A stretch of DNA of 63,203 nucleotides, filler included. It is 5 parts of 5 records of this genome, joined end to end, with 100 filler letters (N's around TTAATTAATTAA, not from the genome) between each part and the next. Parts side by side here need not be neighbours in the genome. Positions count along the whole stretch, not along the records: positions 8,280 to 21,889 come from SRR20825019_1277; 4 more parts are not named here. One strand, written 5' to 3'. Every line of letters starts with the position of its first letter. Within the stretch, counting starts at the first letter, position 1. Of the stretch, positions 10,902-20,405 are shown piece by piece. Made by a program: the position numbers and the translations under genes. Under the pieces are notes generated by a model that worked only from the letters and a program-made list of their open reading frames with translations, was not told where the DNA came from and ran no database searches.

Positions 10902-11468
10902 TTAGTTTGGATTTAGTCTTAAAAGCCCCATAGTTTTCTCATAATCCGCGGAACTGTTACTGGATACACCAGTTGTTGAAGCAATTGAAGCAGGAACCAA
11001 AACATAACGTATGCCATAATTCTCTGTTTCAGATTGAATAATGTTTATGGTAATTGGTTGTCCATCAAAGAAAACCCTGAAGCCTTCGAACGCTTTGGTT
11101 TGATAGTTTTGGTTTTCGGAAAACTTACCAAAGACATAATCAAAATGATCATTTTCGGAAAAGTTATAAGGTAGAATCCTCGAGTATGTACCATTTTTAT
11201 AGTACATAAGCACTATCCCCCCGTTTTTAGTAAACGATTCCAAGTTATCAACCGGAATATCCAGAATGGCATTTCCTGTCTCAAGATTTTTCCATGTCCA
11301 AATAATAGGTATCCAATCGGAAGCAAATACATTGGCATTGCCATCCTTACCGTCTTTACCGGCAGGGCCGGTTTCGCCATCTTCCCCAGAGCACGAAAAT
11401 AAAATCAGCACAAGAATCAATAAAAAATGGTGGGTTGATTTTCTTAAAAGGACACAATTGGTTTTCAT
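10902..11468 (-). CDS. Lipoprotein with a short collagen-like Gly-X-Y motif
   Basis: Lipobox LILFSC followed by GEDGETGPAGKDGKDGNANV. Start re-called to MKTN (11468). Confidence 0.75.
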   Translation of the reverse strand: MKTNCVLLRKSTHHFLLILVLILFSCSGEDGETGPAGKDGKDGNANVFASDWIPIIWTWKNLETGNAILDIPVDNLESFTKNGGIVLMYYKNGTYSRILPYNFSENDHFDYVFGKFSENQNYQTKAFEGFRVFFDGQPITINIIQSETENYGIRYVLVPASIASTTGVSSNSSADYEKTMGLLRLNPN

Positions 11469-11517
11469 GTTTTTTTTTAAATAAATATAAGTCTTGGTTT
11501 TAAGAGATTTGGGGGCC

Positions 11518-11550
11518 AATTGATGGATGTGGATTATGAATTGACGGATG
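11518..11550. promoter_or_regulatory. Candidate LytTR-type direct-repeat site between divergent genes
   Basis: AATTGATGGATG (11518-11529) and AATTGACGGATG (11539-11550), 11/12 identical, 21-bp period. Confidence 0.55.
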
Positions 11551-11688
11551 CATGCTTTGAAGCAGCAGAATGGTTTAACCAAGCCTGCAAAATGATAAAA
11601 ATGAACATCTTTTTTTGGTAATCTCGGTTTTGCTTGAAAGGAATTGATGGCTTTAAGGACTATTAAAGGGTTAAACTTTTAATTCCTT

Positions 11689-12135
11689 ATGATCAACAAA
11701 TTCATTGTTCTTTTATTTTTAGTGATGTGTACATATGGTTTTTCCCAAACCATTGATTATAATACCAAGAGCGGGTATGCTGTTCAAGGTTACGATGTGG
11801 TCTCTTACTTTGATAAAGCTCCATTGGAAGGAAAAGAAGAGTTCTCCACAACTTTTGATGGGACTAAGTTTAAGTTCTACAATGCAAGAAACTTACAAAG
11901 GTTTAAAGAAAGCCCTTTGGAGTACTTGCCAAAATATGGTGGCTATTGCGCTTATGCAGTCGCTGTGAATGGCAAAAAAGTGAACGTAGATCCAGAAACT
12001 TATGAAATCAGGAATGGGAAGCTCTACCTTTTCTACAACAAGGGAAAAAACAACACCTTAGAGTTTTGGTTGAACGAATCGCCGGAAGAACTGCGACAAA
12101 AAGCGGACGAAAACTGGGAGGTTATCAAAAATTGA
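11689..12135 (+). CDS. Secreted YHS-domain protein (Cys form of the YHS selenoprotein-like family)
   Basis: Signal peptide, AVQGYDVVSYF, YLPKYGGYCAYAV and GKLYLFYN motifs. Confidence 0.88.
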   Translation: MINKFIVLLFLVMCTYGFSQTIDYNTKSGYAVQGYDVVSYFDKAPLEGKEEFSTTFDGTKFKFYNARNLQRFKESPLEYLPKYGGYCAYAVAVNGKKVNVDPETYEIRNGKLYLFYNKGKNNTLEFWLNESPEELRQKADENWEVIKN

Positions 12136-12240
12136 ATATAAGCTTTTGACCAATCGGAAACCATACCGGGATTCAACCTTGAATTTTCTTTTTATCTTAT
12201 ACTCATAAATCAAAAAACGAATTATAAAGAATCCACCATC

Positions 12241-12726
12241 ATGTTCAAATCTTCTTTGAAAACATTGGAGCAGTTCAAAAAAGTACTGTCAGAATTACCC
12301 AATGGATGTTACTCGCAAACCTGCCAAATTCTTTCCAACGCCACTATAGGGCAGCACACCCGCCACATTATAGAACTGTACCTCTGTTTGATCAATGGAT
12401 ATGAGGTGGCAGATGTTTCCTATGATAAACGGGAACGCAACACCAAAATTGAAGAAGATGTTGACTTTGCATTGAAACAATTGACGTATATCCAAATGAA
12501 TTTGACGAAACCGAACAAGGCAATAAAAGTCACTTATGAATTGGCAGACGAAGAAGTTTGCTTGGATTCAAATTATTTCAGGGAAGTCATGTATAATTTG
12601 GAGCATACAATTCATCATCAGGCGTTGATCAAGATAGGTGTAAGGCATTTTTCGACCCAAGAAATCCCGGAATCCTTTGGGGTTGCTCCATCAACCATAG
12701 AATACAGAAAGGTATGTGCACAGTAA
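12241..12726 (+). CDS. DinB/YfiT-like four-helix-bundle protein (putative thiol S-transferase)
   Basis: TIGQHTRHIIE, YDKRER, EHTIHHQALI metal-binding histidines, FGVAPST. Confidence 0.85.
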   Translation: MFKSSLKTLEQFKKVLSELPNGCYSQTCQILSNATIGQHTRHIIELYLCLINGYEVADVSYDKRERNTKIEEDVDFALKQLTYIQMNLTKPNKAIKVTYELADEEVCLDSNYFREVMYNLEHTIHHQALIKIGVRHFSTQEIPESFGVAPSTIEYRKVCAQ

Positions 12727-13430
12727 GCTTCATTTATTCAGGAGGTAAGCATTTCATTACTTCCAACCGCGATGAACATGTTTCCAGGCCATTGGCCTTG
12801 CGGCCGCAGGAGGAAATCATAGGTTCCGTAAAGGTGCTTTTTCCAAAAGACCCAAAAGCTGGCGGTACTTGGTTTGCACTTAATGAAAATGGTTTGGTGG
12901 CCGTGCTCCTTAATGGCGGTTTTGTGAATCACGTGCCAATGGGGAACTATGCGCGTAGTCGTGGCCTTGTGCTATTGGATGTAATCGCATCCGAGCAACC
13001 TTATGATTTACTCGAGGAGATAGAACTCTTCAACATAGAACCCTTTACCCTGATTTTGTTCAATGGAAGTTTGTTGGAGTTTAGATGGGATGGACATCAA
13101 AAATATTATAGACCGTTGGATGCAACAAAAAATCATATTTGGTCCTCTGCAACACTATACAAAGATGAAGTGATTGAACACCGAAGAAATTTATTTCAAA
13201 AATTTGTAGAAAGAAATTCCCATATCACTGCTAGCACCGTGGTTGATTTTCACTCCAATAATCACGATGATTTCGAAAACGGATTTATCATTGACCGGGA
13301 GACAGGTCTCAAAACCTTTAGCGTTACCCAGGCTGTTTTAGATGATGATGAAATTGTGATGCGCCATCTCGATTTATTGAACGATAAACTTTTTGAAGTT
13401 CCCTTCTCACCAAGTCAACTCACGTTTTAA
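12714..13430 (+). CDS. NRDE/TANGO2 family protein
   Basis: MCTVSF...TSNRDE and GGTWF motifs. Cys2 is a potential N-terminal nucleophile. Overlaps the DinB gene by 13 nt. Confidence 0.92.
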   Translation: MCTVSFIYSGGKHFITSNRDEHVSRPLALRPQEEIIGSVKVLFPKDPKAGGTWFALNENGLVAVLLNGGFVNHVPMGNYARSRGLVLLDVIASEQPYDLLEEIELFNIEPFTLILFNGSLLEFRWDGHQKYYRPLDATKNHIWSSATLYKDEVIEHRRNLFQKFVERNSHITASTVVDFHSNNHDDFENGFIIDRETGLKTFSVTQAVLDDDEIVMRHLDLLNDKLFEVPFSPSQLTF

Positions 13431-13435
13431 TTGTA

Positions 13436-14476
13436 ATGGACTCGCTAAAACTGCTATGTCACCGCATCACCCATTGGGAGTATTGGCCGTTTTGGCTGAT
13501 TTATTATCCCATGGCCCCTGTTTGGCTGTATTATTCGATTAAGGCGCGTTCGTTATTCTTTTTTAATGCTGCCAATCCCAGTATGAGGAATGGGGGGATG
13601 GCCATGATATCCAAAATGGAGATTTACAACATGATTCCTGCGGAGTTTATTCCACAAACGCTCTTTTTTGATAAGGATGTTGCACCAGGGAAGGCATTGG
13701 AGCGAGTACTGGACCATGGCATCGGTTTTCCCTTTATAGCTAAACCAGATATTGGAATGAAGGCTTTTGGAGTGGAAAAAATCCATGATAAAGATGAATT
13801 TCAAAAATATGCGAACTGGACACCTTCCCATTTTTTGGTACAGGATTTAATTCCATATCAAAAGGAAGTAGGTATATTTTATGTGCGTAAACCGGGCGAA
13901 AATCGAGGAAAAATTACTGGAGTAGTCTCTAAAGAGTTTTTAGCTATCACAGGGGATGGGGAAAGCACTATGTTGGAACTCATCAAAAAGAATCCGCGTA
14001 GCCACTTGCAGTTAAAGGTTTTAGAACGGAAGTTTGGTGCTCAACTTCAAAATGTGTTGGCCAAGGGAGAAGAATTTATTCTGGTGCCCTATGGAAGCCA
14101 TACACGTGGGGCGAAGTTTGTGGACATCAGCCATAAAATAAATACTGAATTGGTACAGACCATTGATGAGGTCTGTTCCCAGATGGAAGGCTTTTATTAT
14201 GGGAGATTGGATGTACTCTATAACACTTTTGAAGAGCTTTGTGAAGGAAAGAATTTTAGCATTATTGAAGTGAATGGGGCAGGGGGAGAGGCCACCCATA
14301 TCTACGACCCCAAACATTCACTGATTTGGGCTTGGATAGAGGTTGCGCGCCATTGGGGCATGTTGTGTGAAATTAGCATTGCCAATAAAAAGGCAGGCCA
14401 TACTTATTTAAGCTTTAAGGATGGTAGGGCCATGCTAAAACAAACCGGCGCTTTGCAGGCACAATTAAGGTTTTAA
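13436..14476 (+). CDS. ATP-grasp ligase-like protein (D-Ala-D-Ala ligase superfamily) with aromatic/hydrophobic N-terminus
   Basis: [23 protein letters not shown] and YGRLDV...IIEVNG ATP-grasp motifs. N-terminal [13 protein letters not shown] segment. Confidence 0.85.
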   Translation: MDSLKLLCHRITHWEYWPFWLIYYPMAPVWLYYSIKARSLFFFNAANPSMRNGGMAMISKMEIYNMIPAEFIPQTLFFDKDVAPGKALERVLDHGIGFPFIAKPDIGMKAFGVEKIHDKDEFQKYANWTPSHFLVQDLIPYQKEVGIFYVRKPGENRGKITGVVSKEFLAITGDGESTMLELIKKNPRSHLQLKVLERKFGAQLQNVLAKGEEFILVPYGSHTRGAKFVDISHKINTELVQTIDEVCSQMEGFYYGRLDVLYNTFEELCEGKNFSIIEVNGAGGEATHIYDPKHSLIWAWIEVARHWGMLCEISIANKKAGHTYLSFKDGRAMLKQTGALQAQLRF

Positions 14477-14946
14477 AGGATTTTCTGAAGATAACTTTCC
14501 ATAGCACTGGGCTCGGTCGTGGGCGCAAATCGTTTTGCGGGCTTACCAGTTTTATCGATAACAAATTTGGTAAAGTTCCATTTGATTTTTCCGCCCAATA
14601 AGCCACTCAATTCTGATTTCAGATATTTAAAAATGGGATGTGCACCGCTGCCATTTACATCAACCTTTGCAAACATGGGGAAGCTTACCCCATAGTTTAC
14701 TTGACAAAATTCCTGTATATCATCGGCGCTGTCCGGCTCTTGGTTCCCAAATTGATTGCATGGGAACCCCAAAATCACCAATCCTTGGTTCTTATAATTT
14801 TTATAGAGTGTTTCCAGACCTTCATATTGCGGTGTAAGCCCGCACTTGCTGGCCGTATTGACCACCACTATGGCCTTGCCCTTGTATTTTTCCATGGACT
14901 CTGGTGTGCCGTCCAAGCGCTCCGCTTCAAAATTATAAAATTCCAT
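14473..14946 (-). CDS. Glutathione peroxidase family protein (Cys-type)
   Basis: [22 protein letters not shown] and KWNFTKF motifs. Start re-called to MEFYNF (14946). Confidence 0.95.
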   Translation of the reverse strand: MEFYNFEAERLDGTPESMEKYKGKAIVVVNTASKCGLTPQYEGLETLYKNYKNQGLVILGFPCNQFGNQEPDSADDIQEFCQVNYGVSFPMFAKVDVNGSGAHPIFKYLKSELSGLLGGKIKWNFTKFVIDKTGKPAKRFAPTTEPSAMESYLQKIL

Positions 14947-14951
14947 AGGTG

Positions 14952-15371
14952 CTATTTTTGTTTGTTGATAAGGTATTTTAATGCTCCGGTGGACCAAAGG
15001 GCCCAAAGGATCAATACAGGCTGGAAAAATAGGCGAATCAGCCTCTTGAGGTCGGTATCCAGTCCAAAAGCGTCAATGCCATTGGTATATTGCGAAATAT
15101 TTCCGGGGAATATCAATACATAGAAAATGGCCAGCACAATACCTACTTTTACTTTGTACTTGACCAAAAGGACCATGGCAAGTCCCAGAAGAATCTCAAC
15201 AACGCCAGAAGCTACCACCGCAAAATCCATAAAAGCGTCGCTTGTGGGCAACCATCGTGGCACTTGTGCCTGAAATTCCTCTCGTTGGAAAGTGAGGTGG
15301 CCAATCCCAGCCATAATCATTAAGAGGCCAAGGATGACCCTAAATACATTTTGTGTGGTGCTTGTTTTCAT
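14952..15371 (-). CDS. DoxX-like membrane protein
   Basis: AGIGHL, SGVVEI, FPGNI and RLFFQP motifs, four TM helices. Confidence 0.8.
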   Translation of the reverse strand: MKTSTTQNVFRVILGLLMIMAGIGHLTFQREEFQAQVPRWLPTSDAFMDFAVVASGVVEILLGLAMVLLVKYKVKVGIVLAIFYVLIFPGNISQYTNGIDAFGLDTDLKRLIRLFFQPVLILWALWSTGALKYLINKQK

Positions 15372-15460
15372 TTGAAAGCTTTTTCAGATTCCCTTAAAGA
15401 TAGTCATATCAATGGGTAAGCTTTTTCGGAAAAACAACAAATATTATCTCAAATCAAGAT

Positions 15461-16441
15461 TTATCCTCTGCCAACTGAATTTTTATTCTTAATGGTATTC
15501 ATAATGATGGGCGCGTGTATCCGAGAGTTTTCAATGAACCATTTATGGGTTTCCATGCCTCCACAGATTACACCTGCCAAGAATAGACCATCCACATTGG
15601 TCTCCATGGTTTCTGGGTCATACGTGGGCAATCTTTTTGGGTCGTCAGATAACGCAATGCCCAATTTTTTCAAAAAGGTGAAATTGGGACAGTACCCGGT
15701 CAGTGCCAGGACAAAATCGTTCTCCAAAATAACTTCACCTTCCGGAGTGTTGATTATGACCTCATGTGCCTTGATTTCTTTTACGGTGGAATTGTAATAG
15801 GCTTTAATGCTGCCTTCCTCAATACGGTTGATGATGTCGGGGCGCACCCAGTATTTTACGCGTGGCCCCACTTCCGAACCACGGATAACAAGGGTGACTT
15901 CCGCACCTTTTCGCCAACATTCCAGGGCCGCATCGATTGCGGAGTTGCTGGCACCGACCACTATTAATTTTTGACTGGCAAAAAAGTGTGGGTCGTTATA
16001 ATAATGGGACACTTTGGGCAAGTCTTCGCCGGGAACATTTATTTTGTTCGGCAAGTCGTAGAATCCCGTGGCCACCACAACATTGTTGGCCACATATTCA
16101 TCCTTATCGGTTTTCACCAAAAAAGTATCTCCTTGTTTTTTTGTGTCGACCACCTTTTCAAAAAGATGGATATTGAGCTGGTTCGAGGTAACAATCCTGC
16201 GATAATATTCCAGAGCCTCGTTGCGTTTGGGTTTTGCCTCTTTACTGATGAACGGAATCTCATCGATTTCCAACTTCTCGGATGAGGAGAAGAACTGCAT
16301 GTTTACAGGGTAGTTGTACAAAGAGTTTACAATCGGTCCTTTTTCTAGTATTATGTATGAAATGCCCTGTTTTTTGGCTTCTAGGCCACAGGCAATTCCA
16401 ATGGGGCCGCCCCCTATGATGACAACATCAAATTGTTGCAT
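15461..16441 (-). CDS. ypdA: YpdA family putative bacillithiol disulfide reductase
   Basis: IIGGGPIG FAD motif, FFSSSEKLEI, ATGFYD, VKYWVRPDIINRI and FIENSRIH. Confidence 0.9.
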   Translation of the reverse strand: MQQFDVVIIGGGPIGIACGLEAKKQGISYIILEKGPIVNSLYNYPVNMQFFSSSEKLEIDEIPFISKEAKPKRNEALEYYRRIVTSNQLNIHLFEKVVDTKKQGDTFLVKTDKDEYVANNVVVATGFYDLPNKINVPGEDLPKVSHYYNDPHFFASQKLIVVGASNSAIDAALECWRKGAEVTLVIRGSEVGPRVKYWVRPDIINRIEEGSIKAYYNSTVKEIKAHEVIINTPEGEVILENDFVLALTGYCPNFTFLKKLGIALSDDPKRLPTYDPETMETNVDGLFLAGVICGGMETHKWFIENSRIHAPIIMNTIKNKNSVGRG

Positions 16442-17100
16442 TACGCTATTTCTTCTTTTAACTTCTTAATGGTTTGGGTCGGATTGGAACTTTTAAAAAC
16501 AAAACTGCCAGCTACCAAAACGTCTGCTCCATGATCAATCAATTTTTTGGCATTGTCCGCATTTACCCCTCCATCAATTTCAATCAGGGTTTTTGCATTC
16601 TTACGCTTGATGATTTGCTTTAAATCTGCAACTTTTTGGTATGTGTTATCGATAAAGGATTGACCTCCAAACCCAGGGTTAACACTCATCACGATAACAA
16701 TATCAATATCCTGAATGGTATCCTCCAATAATTTTACCGAGGTATGCGGGTTTATGGCCACTCCGGCTTTCATTCCTTCTGCCTTTATGGCCTGTAGGGT
16801 TCTGTGTAAATGGGGGCAAGCCTCGTAATGAACGGTTAAATGGTCTACCCCTAAATCCCCAAAGGTTTTGATGTATCTGTCAGGATCAACAATCATCAAG
16901 TGTGTGTCCAACGGTTTTTTTGCATGTTGGGCAATAGCCTGTATCACAGGCATTCCAAAGGAAATGTTCGGCACAAAAACACCGTCCATAACATCTAAAT
17001 GGAACCAATCGGCATCACTTTGGTTCACCATTTCTATCTCGCGTTGCAAATTGGCAAAATCCGAAGCCAATAGCGAAGGTGCAATAATTTTTTTGCTCAT
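16441..17100 (-). CDS. rpe: Ribulose-phosphate 3-epimerase
   Basis: IAPSLLASDF, HLDVMDGVFVPN, MSVNPGFGGQ and IEIDGG motifs. Confidence 0.97.
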   Translation of the reverse strand: MSKKIIAPSLLASDFANLQREIEMVNQSDADWFHLDVMDGVFVPNISFGMPVIQAIAQHAKKPLDTHLMIVDPDRYIKTFGDLGVDHLTVHYEACPHLHRTLQAIKAEGMKAGVAINPHTSVKLLEDTIQDIDIVIVMSVNPGFGGQSFIDNTYQKVADLKQIIKRKNAKTLIEIDGGVNADNAKKLIDHGADVLVAGSFVFKSSNPTQTIKKLKEEIA

Positions 17101-17122
17101 GTAAGAATCAACTCGTTCCCTA

Positions 17123-17130
17123 CAAAGATA
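17123..17130 (-). promoter_or_regulatory. Bacteroidetes housekeeping promoter -7 element for rpe-ypdA
   Basis: TATCTTTG on the minus strand matches TAnnTTTG, 22 nt upstream of the rpe ATG. Confidence 0.6.
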
Positions 17131-17165
17131 GTGAAATGTTAAAGCAATACCTTATCCGGTCATAT

Positions 17166-18446
17166 TCATTCGGGTGTGTTTTGTAGTGTGATGGGGCCAT
17201 ACACTGCATCTCTGAACCGTTTATGCAGTGAGCCGTTGTAGGGGAAGATTTGCACAAAGAACACTGCTGTGAGTTCGTTCACGGGGTCGACCCAAAACAA
17301 AGTGCTGGCCGCTCCATCCCAAAAGAATTCGCCCACAACGCCATTGTTCTCTTCAACCGATGCAGGAGGTTGAAGCCGAACGGCAAAATCAATCCCGAAA
17401 CCTACCTGTCCCTTGCTGGGCAACCAAGACCTATCCGTGATGTTTTCATCCAAATGGTTGGTGGACATCAACTCCACAGTTTGTGGTTCAAGAACCTCCA
17501 CTCCATCCAATTTTCCATCGTTGACCAACATTCTGGCAAAGCGCATATAATCATCAAGCGTTGATGTCAATCCCCAACCTCCTGGTGTCAATGGCCATTT
17601 TTTATAGTTGAAGGCATGGGCCTCTTCGTTTGGTAATTGATTCAGGGAATCACCTTCATGACTGTATGCTGATGACATCCTGTTTCTATCCGATTCGGGA
17701 ACAACGTATCGCGTATTATTCATTTTTAAGGGGTCCAAAACATGTTCTTGCACATATTCGGCGTACGGCTGACCTGAAAGAAGCTCGACCAAATATGCCT
17801 GCACATCCACAGAAATACCATATTCCCAGTGCTCTCCTGGTTGGTATCCTAAAGGTATAGTGCTTAATTTTTTCGCCATTTCAGAGAGGGTATTCTCACG
17901 GTTCAAAGCGTCTGCCTCGGCTATGGCTTCTCCCAATCCAGGAAGATCTCTTCGGCCCGAAAAACCAGCAGTATGCCTGGTAATGTCAGCAATGGTGATT
18001 GGTCGTTTTGCAGGTTCCAAAATCATTTTACCGGCAATGGAATCGTACCCTTTGTAGACCTGCATATTGGCAAATTCGGGAGCATATTTTTCCAACGGAT
18101 CGTCCAATTTGAATTTTCCTTCCTCGTACAATGTCATCAAGGCTGTTCCAGTGATTGGCTTTGTCATTGAATAAATCTGTACCAAGGTGTTGCGCTCCAT
18201 GGGCTTTTTGTTCTTGAGATCGGCATAACCAAAGGCATTGAAATAGACCTCTTTTCCTTTTTCATAAATCAAAGCTGATGCTCCGGCCACATCACCAAAG
18301 TCAACAAAACTTTGTAGAGTGGAGTCAATTCGTACTTCTACGGCTTCATCAACTAGATAATGGACCTCTGGTTCTTGTTCTTTGCAGGATGCAAAAAAGA
18401 AAAGGGCCACTAGTAAAAGGGATGCAGTTTGTTTCATTATGTGCAT
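17166..18446 (-). CDS. Serine hydrolase (beta-lactamase class C-like), lipoprotein
   Basis: Lipobox FFASC, SxxK motif YSMTKPI, HTAG, WEYG and FFWDGAAST. True start may be 18437. Confidence 0.9.
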   Translation of the reverse strand: MHIMKQTASLLLVALFFFASCKEQEPEVHYLVDEAVEVRIDSTLQSFVDFGDVAGASALIYEKGKEVYFNAFGYADLKNKKPMERNTLVQIYSMTKPITGTALMTLYEEGKFKLDDPLEKYAPEFANMQVYKGYDSIAGKMILEPAKRPITIADITRHTAGFSGRRDLPGLGEAIAEADALNRENTLSEMAKKLSTIPLGYQPGEHWEYGISVDVQAYLVELLSGQPYAEYVQEHVLDPLKMNNTRYVVPESDRNRMSSAYSHEGDSLNQLPNEEAHAFNYKKWPLTPGGWGLTSTLDDYMRFARMLVNDGKLDGVEVLEPQTVELMSTNHLDENITDRSWLPSKGQVGFGIDFAVRLQPPASVEENNGVVGEFFWDGAASTLFWVDPVNELTAVFFVQIFPYNGSLHKRFRDAVYGPITLQNTPE

Positions 18447-18631
18447 GGGTTAAAATATGTTGGACTTCGGATATGAACAAATCAGTTTTATGTGAGAAGA
18501 AAGGTAGCTAATTTATTAGTATACCCTTATTATTTTAAGTTGAAAAGAATAGATATTTAAAATTTTAAAATACTTTTTTGTGAAAAATATAATATCACTT
18601 CACTGGTGATGGTAAATTTTATTATTTTCAT

Positions 18632-18645
18632 CGCAATCGATTGCG
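18632..18645. promoter_or_regulatory. LacI-family operator-like palindrome
   Basis: Perfect 14-bp palindrome CGCAATCGATTGCG with central CG, 14 nt upstream of the dehydratase ATG. Confidence 0.7.
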
Positions 18646-18659
18646 TTTATCAAATTTAA

Positions 18660-20381
18660 ATGAAAAAAAATAAAGAAAATCTTAGGAGCAAGGAATGGTT
18701 TGGCACCAACGACAAAATGGGTTTTGTACACCGTTCATGGCTTCGGAACCAAGGGTACCCCAATGATATGTTCCAAGGGAAGCCTGTAATTGGCATCTGT
18801 AATACCTGGTCGGAACTCACCCCTTGTAACGGTCATTTGCGCGAGTTTGCCGAAATTGTAAAAAAAGGAGTGCTGGAAGCAGGTGGATTTCCATTAGAAT
18901 TCCCGGTGATGTCCCTTGGGGAGACCATAATGAGGCCTACCACCATGCTTTTCAGAAATTTAGCCAGCATGGATGTCGAGGAATCCATCCGGGCAAACCC
19001 ATTGGACGGCATCGTTTTGCTGACAGGTTGTGATAAGACCACTCCTTCGACGATTATGGGAGCTTGTAGTGTCGATCTTCCCACCATTGTGGTGCCGGGT
19101 GGCCCAATGTTGAACGGCAAATTCCGTGGAGGTGAAATCGGTTCAGGTTCCTTCAATTGGATGATCAAGGAAAAGCAGAAAAAGGACAAGTTTACAGAGG
19201 AGGACTTTTTAGAGGCCGAAATATGTGCTGCACGAAGCGCAGGGCATTGCAACACTATGGGAACGGCCTCTACAATGGCCACCATGGCGGAGGCCTTGGG
19301 ATTGACACTGCCCGGAGCATCGGCGATTCCAGCAGTGGATGCCCGAAAAAAGGTAATGGCGCAACTTTCTGGAAGAAAAATTGTGGAAATGGTCAACCAA
19401 GACCTAAAGCTGTCCAAAATATTGACCCGGGAGGCTTTTGAAAATGCAATTGTGGTAAATGCGGCCGTTGGCGGTTCCACCAATTTGATAGTCCATTTGC
19501 TGGCGATTGCAGGTAGGATAGGAGTTCCTTTGAAACTGGAAGATTTTGATGAGATTGGAAGCCAGATTCCATTGTTGCTCAATCTGATGCCCTCCGGCAA
19601 GCATTTGATGGAAGATTATTTTTATGCGGGCGGTCTTCCGGTGGTGTTAAAGGAATTGAAATCAAAATTGCATGAAACCATTACGGTCAACGGAAAGAGC
19701 CATCAGGAGAATTGTGAAAAATCCATTTGCTACAATGAGGAGGTCATTGCCAAAATCGATGCTCCCTTTCAAAAGGATGCAGGAATTGCCGTTTTAAAAG
19801 GAAATCTATGTGAAAATGGGGCCGTCATAAAACCTTCTGCCGCAACTCCTGAATTGATGAAACATAGGGGAAAAGCTGTCGTTTTTACCAGTATGGACGA
19901 CTATCATGAACGGGTTGACGACCCAGATTTGGACATAGATGCAGATAGTGTGATCGTTCTTCAAAATGTAGGTCCCAAAGGCTATCCGGGCATGCCTGAA
20001 GTGGGCAATGTTGATCTCCCGGAAAAATTGATCATGCAGGGCGTGAAGGATATGGTCAGAATTTCCGATGGACGGATGAGCGGGACGGCATATGGCACTG
20101 TGGTGCTCCACGTATCGCCCGAAGCGGCCATCGGCGGTACCTTGGCTTTGGTGAAAGATGGCGATTACATCGAACTGGATGTGGAGAACAGAAAATTGCA
20201 TTTGGATGTAACGGAAGAAGAACTGGCTGAAAGAAGAGCCGCTTGGAAACCACCCCAACCCCATACGGATAGAGGTTACGTGAAAATTTATCTGAACCAT
20301 GTAGAGCAAGCCGACAAGGGTGCGGATTTTGATATTTTGGTGGGTGGTTCTGGCAGTGAAGTAAAAGGAGATTTGCATTGA
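18660..20381 (+). CDS. IlvD/Edd family sugar-acid dehydratase (L-arabonate dehydratase-like)
   Basis: ELTPCNGH, GCDKTTP, GHCNTMGTASTM, GGSTN, GPKGYPGMPE and SDGRMSGT motifs. Adjacent to a GntP permease. Confidence 0.9.
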   Translation: MKKNKENLRSKEWFGTNDKMGFVHRSWLRNQGYPNDMFQGKPVIGICNTWSELTPCNGHLREFAEIVKKGVLEAGGFPLEFPVMSLGETIMRPTTMLFRNLASMDVEESIRANPLDGIVLLTGCDKTTPSTIMGACSVDLPTIVVPGGPMLNGKFRGGEIGSGSFNWMIKEKQKKDKFTEEDFLEAEICAARSAGHCNTMGTASTMATMAEALGLTLPGASAIPAVDARKKVMAQLSGRKIVEMVNQDLKLSKILTREAFENAIVVNAAVGGSTNLIVHLLAIAGRIGVPLKLEDFDEIGSQIPLLLNLMPSGKHLMEDYFYAGGLPVVLKELKSKLHETITVNGKSHQENCEKSICYNEEVIAKIDAPFQKDAGIAVLKGNLCENGAVIKPSAATPELMKHRGKAVVFTSMDDYHERVDDPDLDIDADSVIVLQNVGPKGYPGMPEVGNVDLPEKLIMQGVKDMVRISDGRMSGTAYGTVVLHVSPEAAIGGTLALVKDGDYIELDVENRKLHLDVTEEELAERRAAWKPPQPHTDRGYVKIYLNHVEQADKGADFDILVGGSGSEVKGDLH

Positions 20382-20405
20382 CCATCATAATCTAAACAAT
20401 CAACC

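Noticed and set aside
11689-14946. Possible selenoproteins (YHS protein, glutathione peroxidase)
   Set aside because: Both have ordinary Cys codons at the relevant sites and no in-frame TGA.
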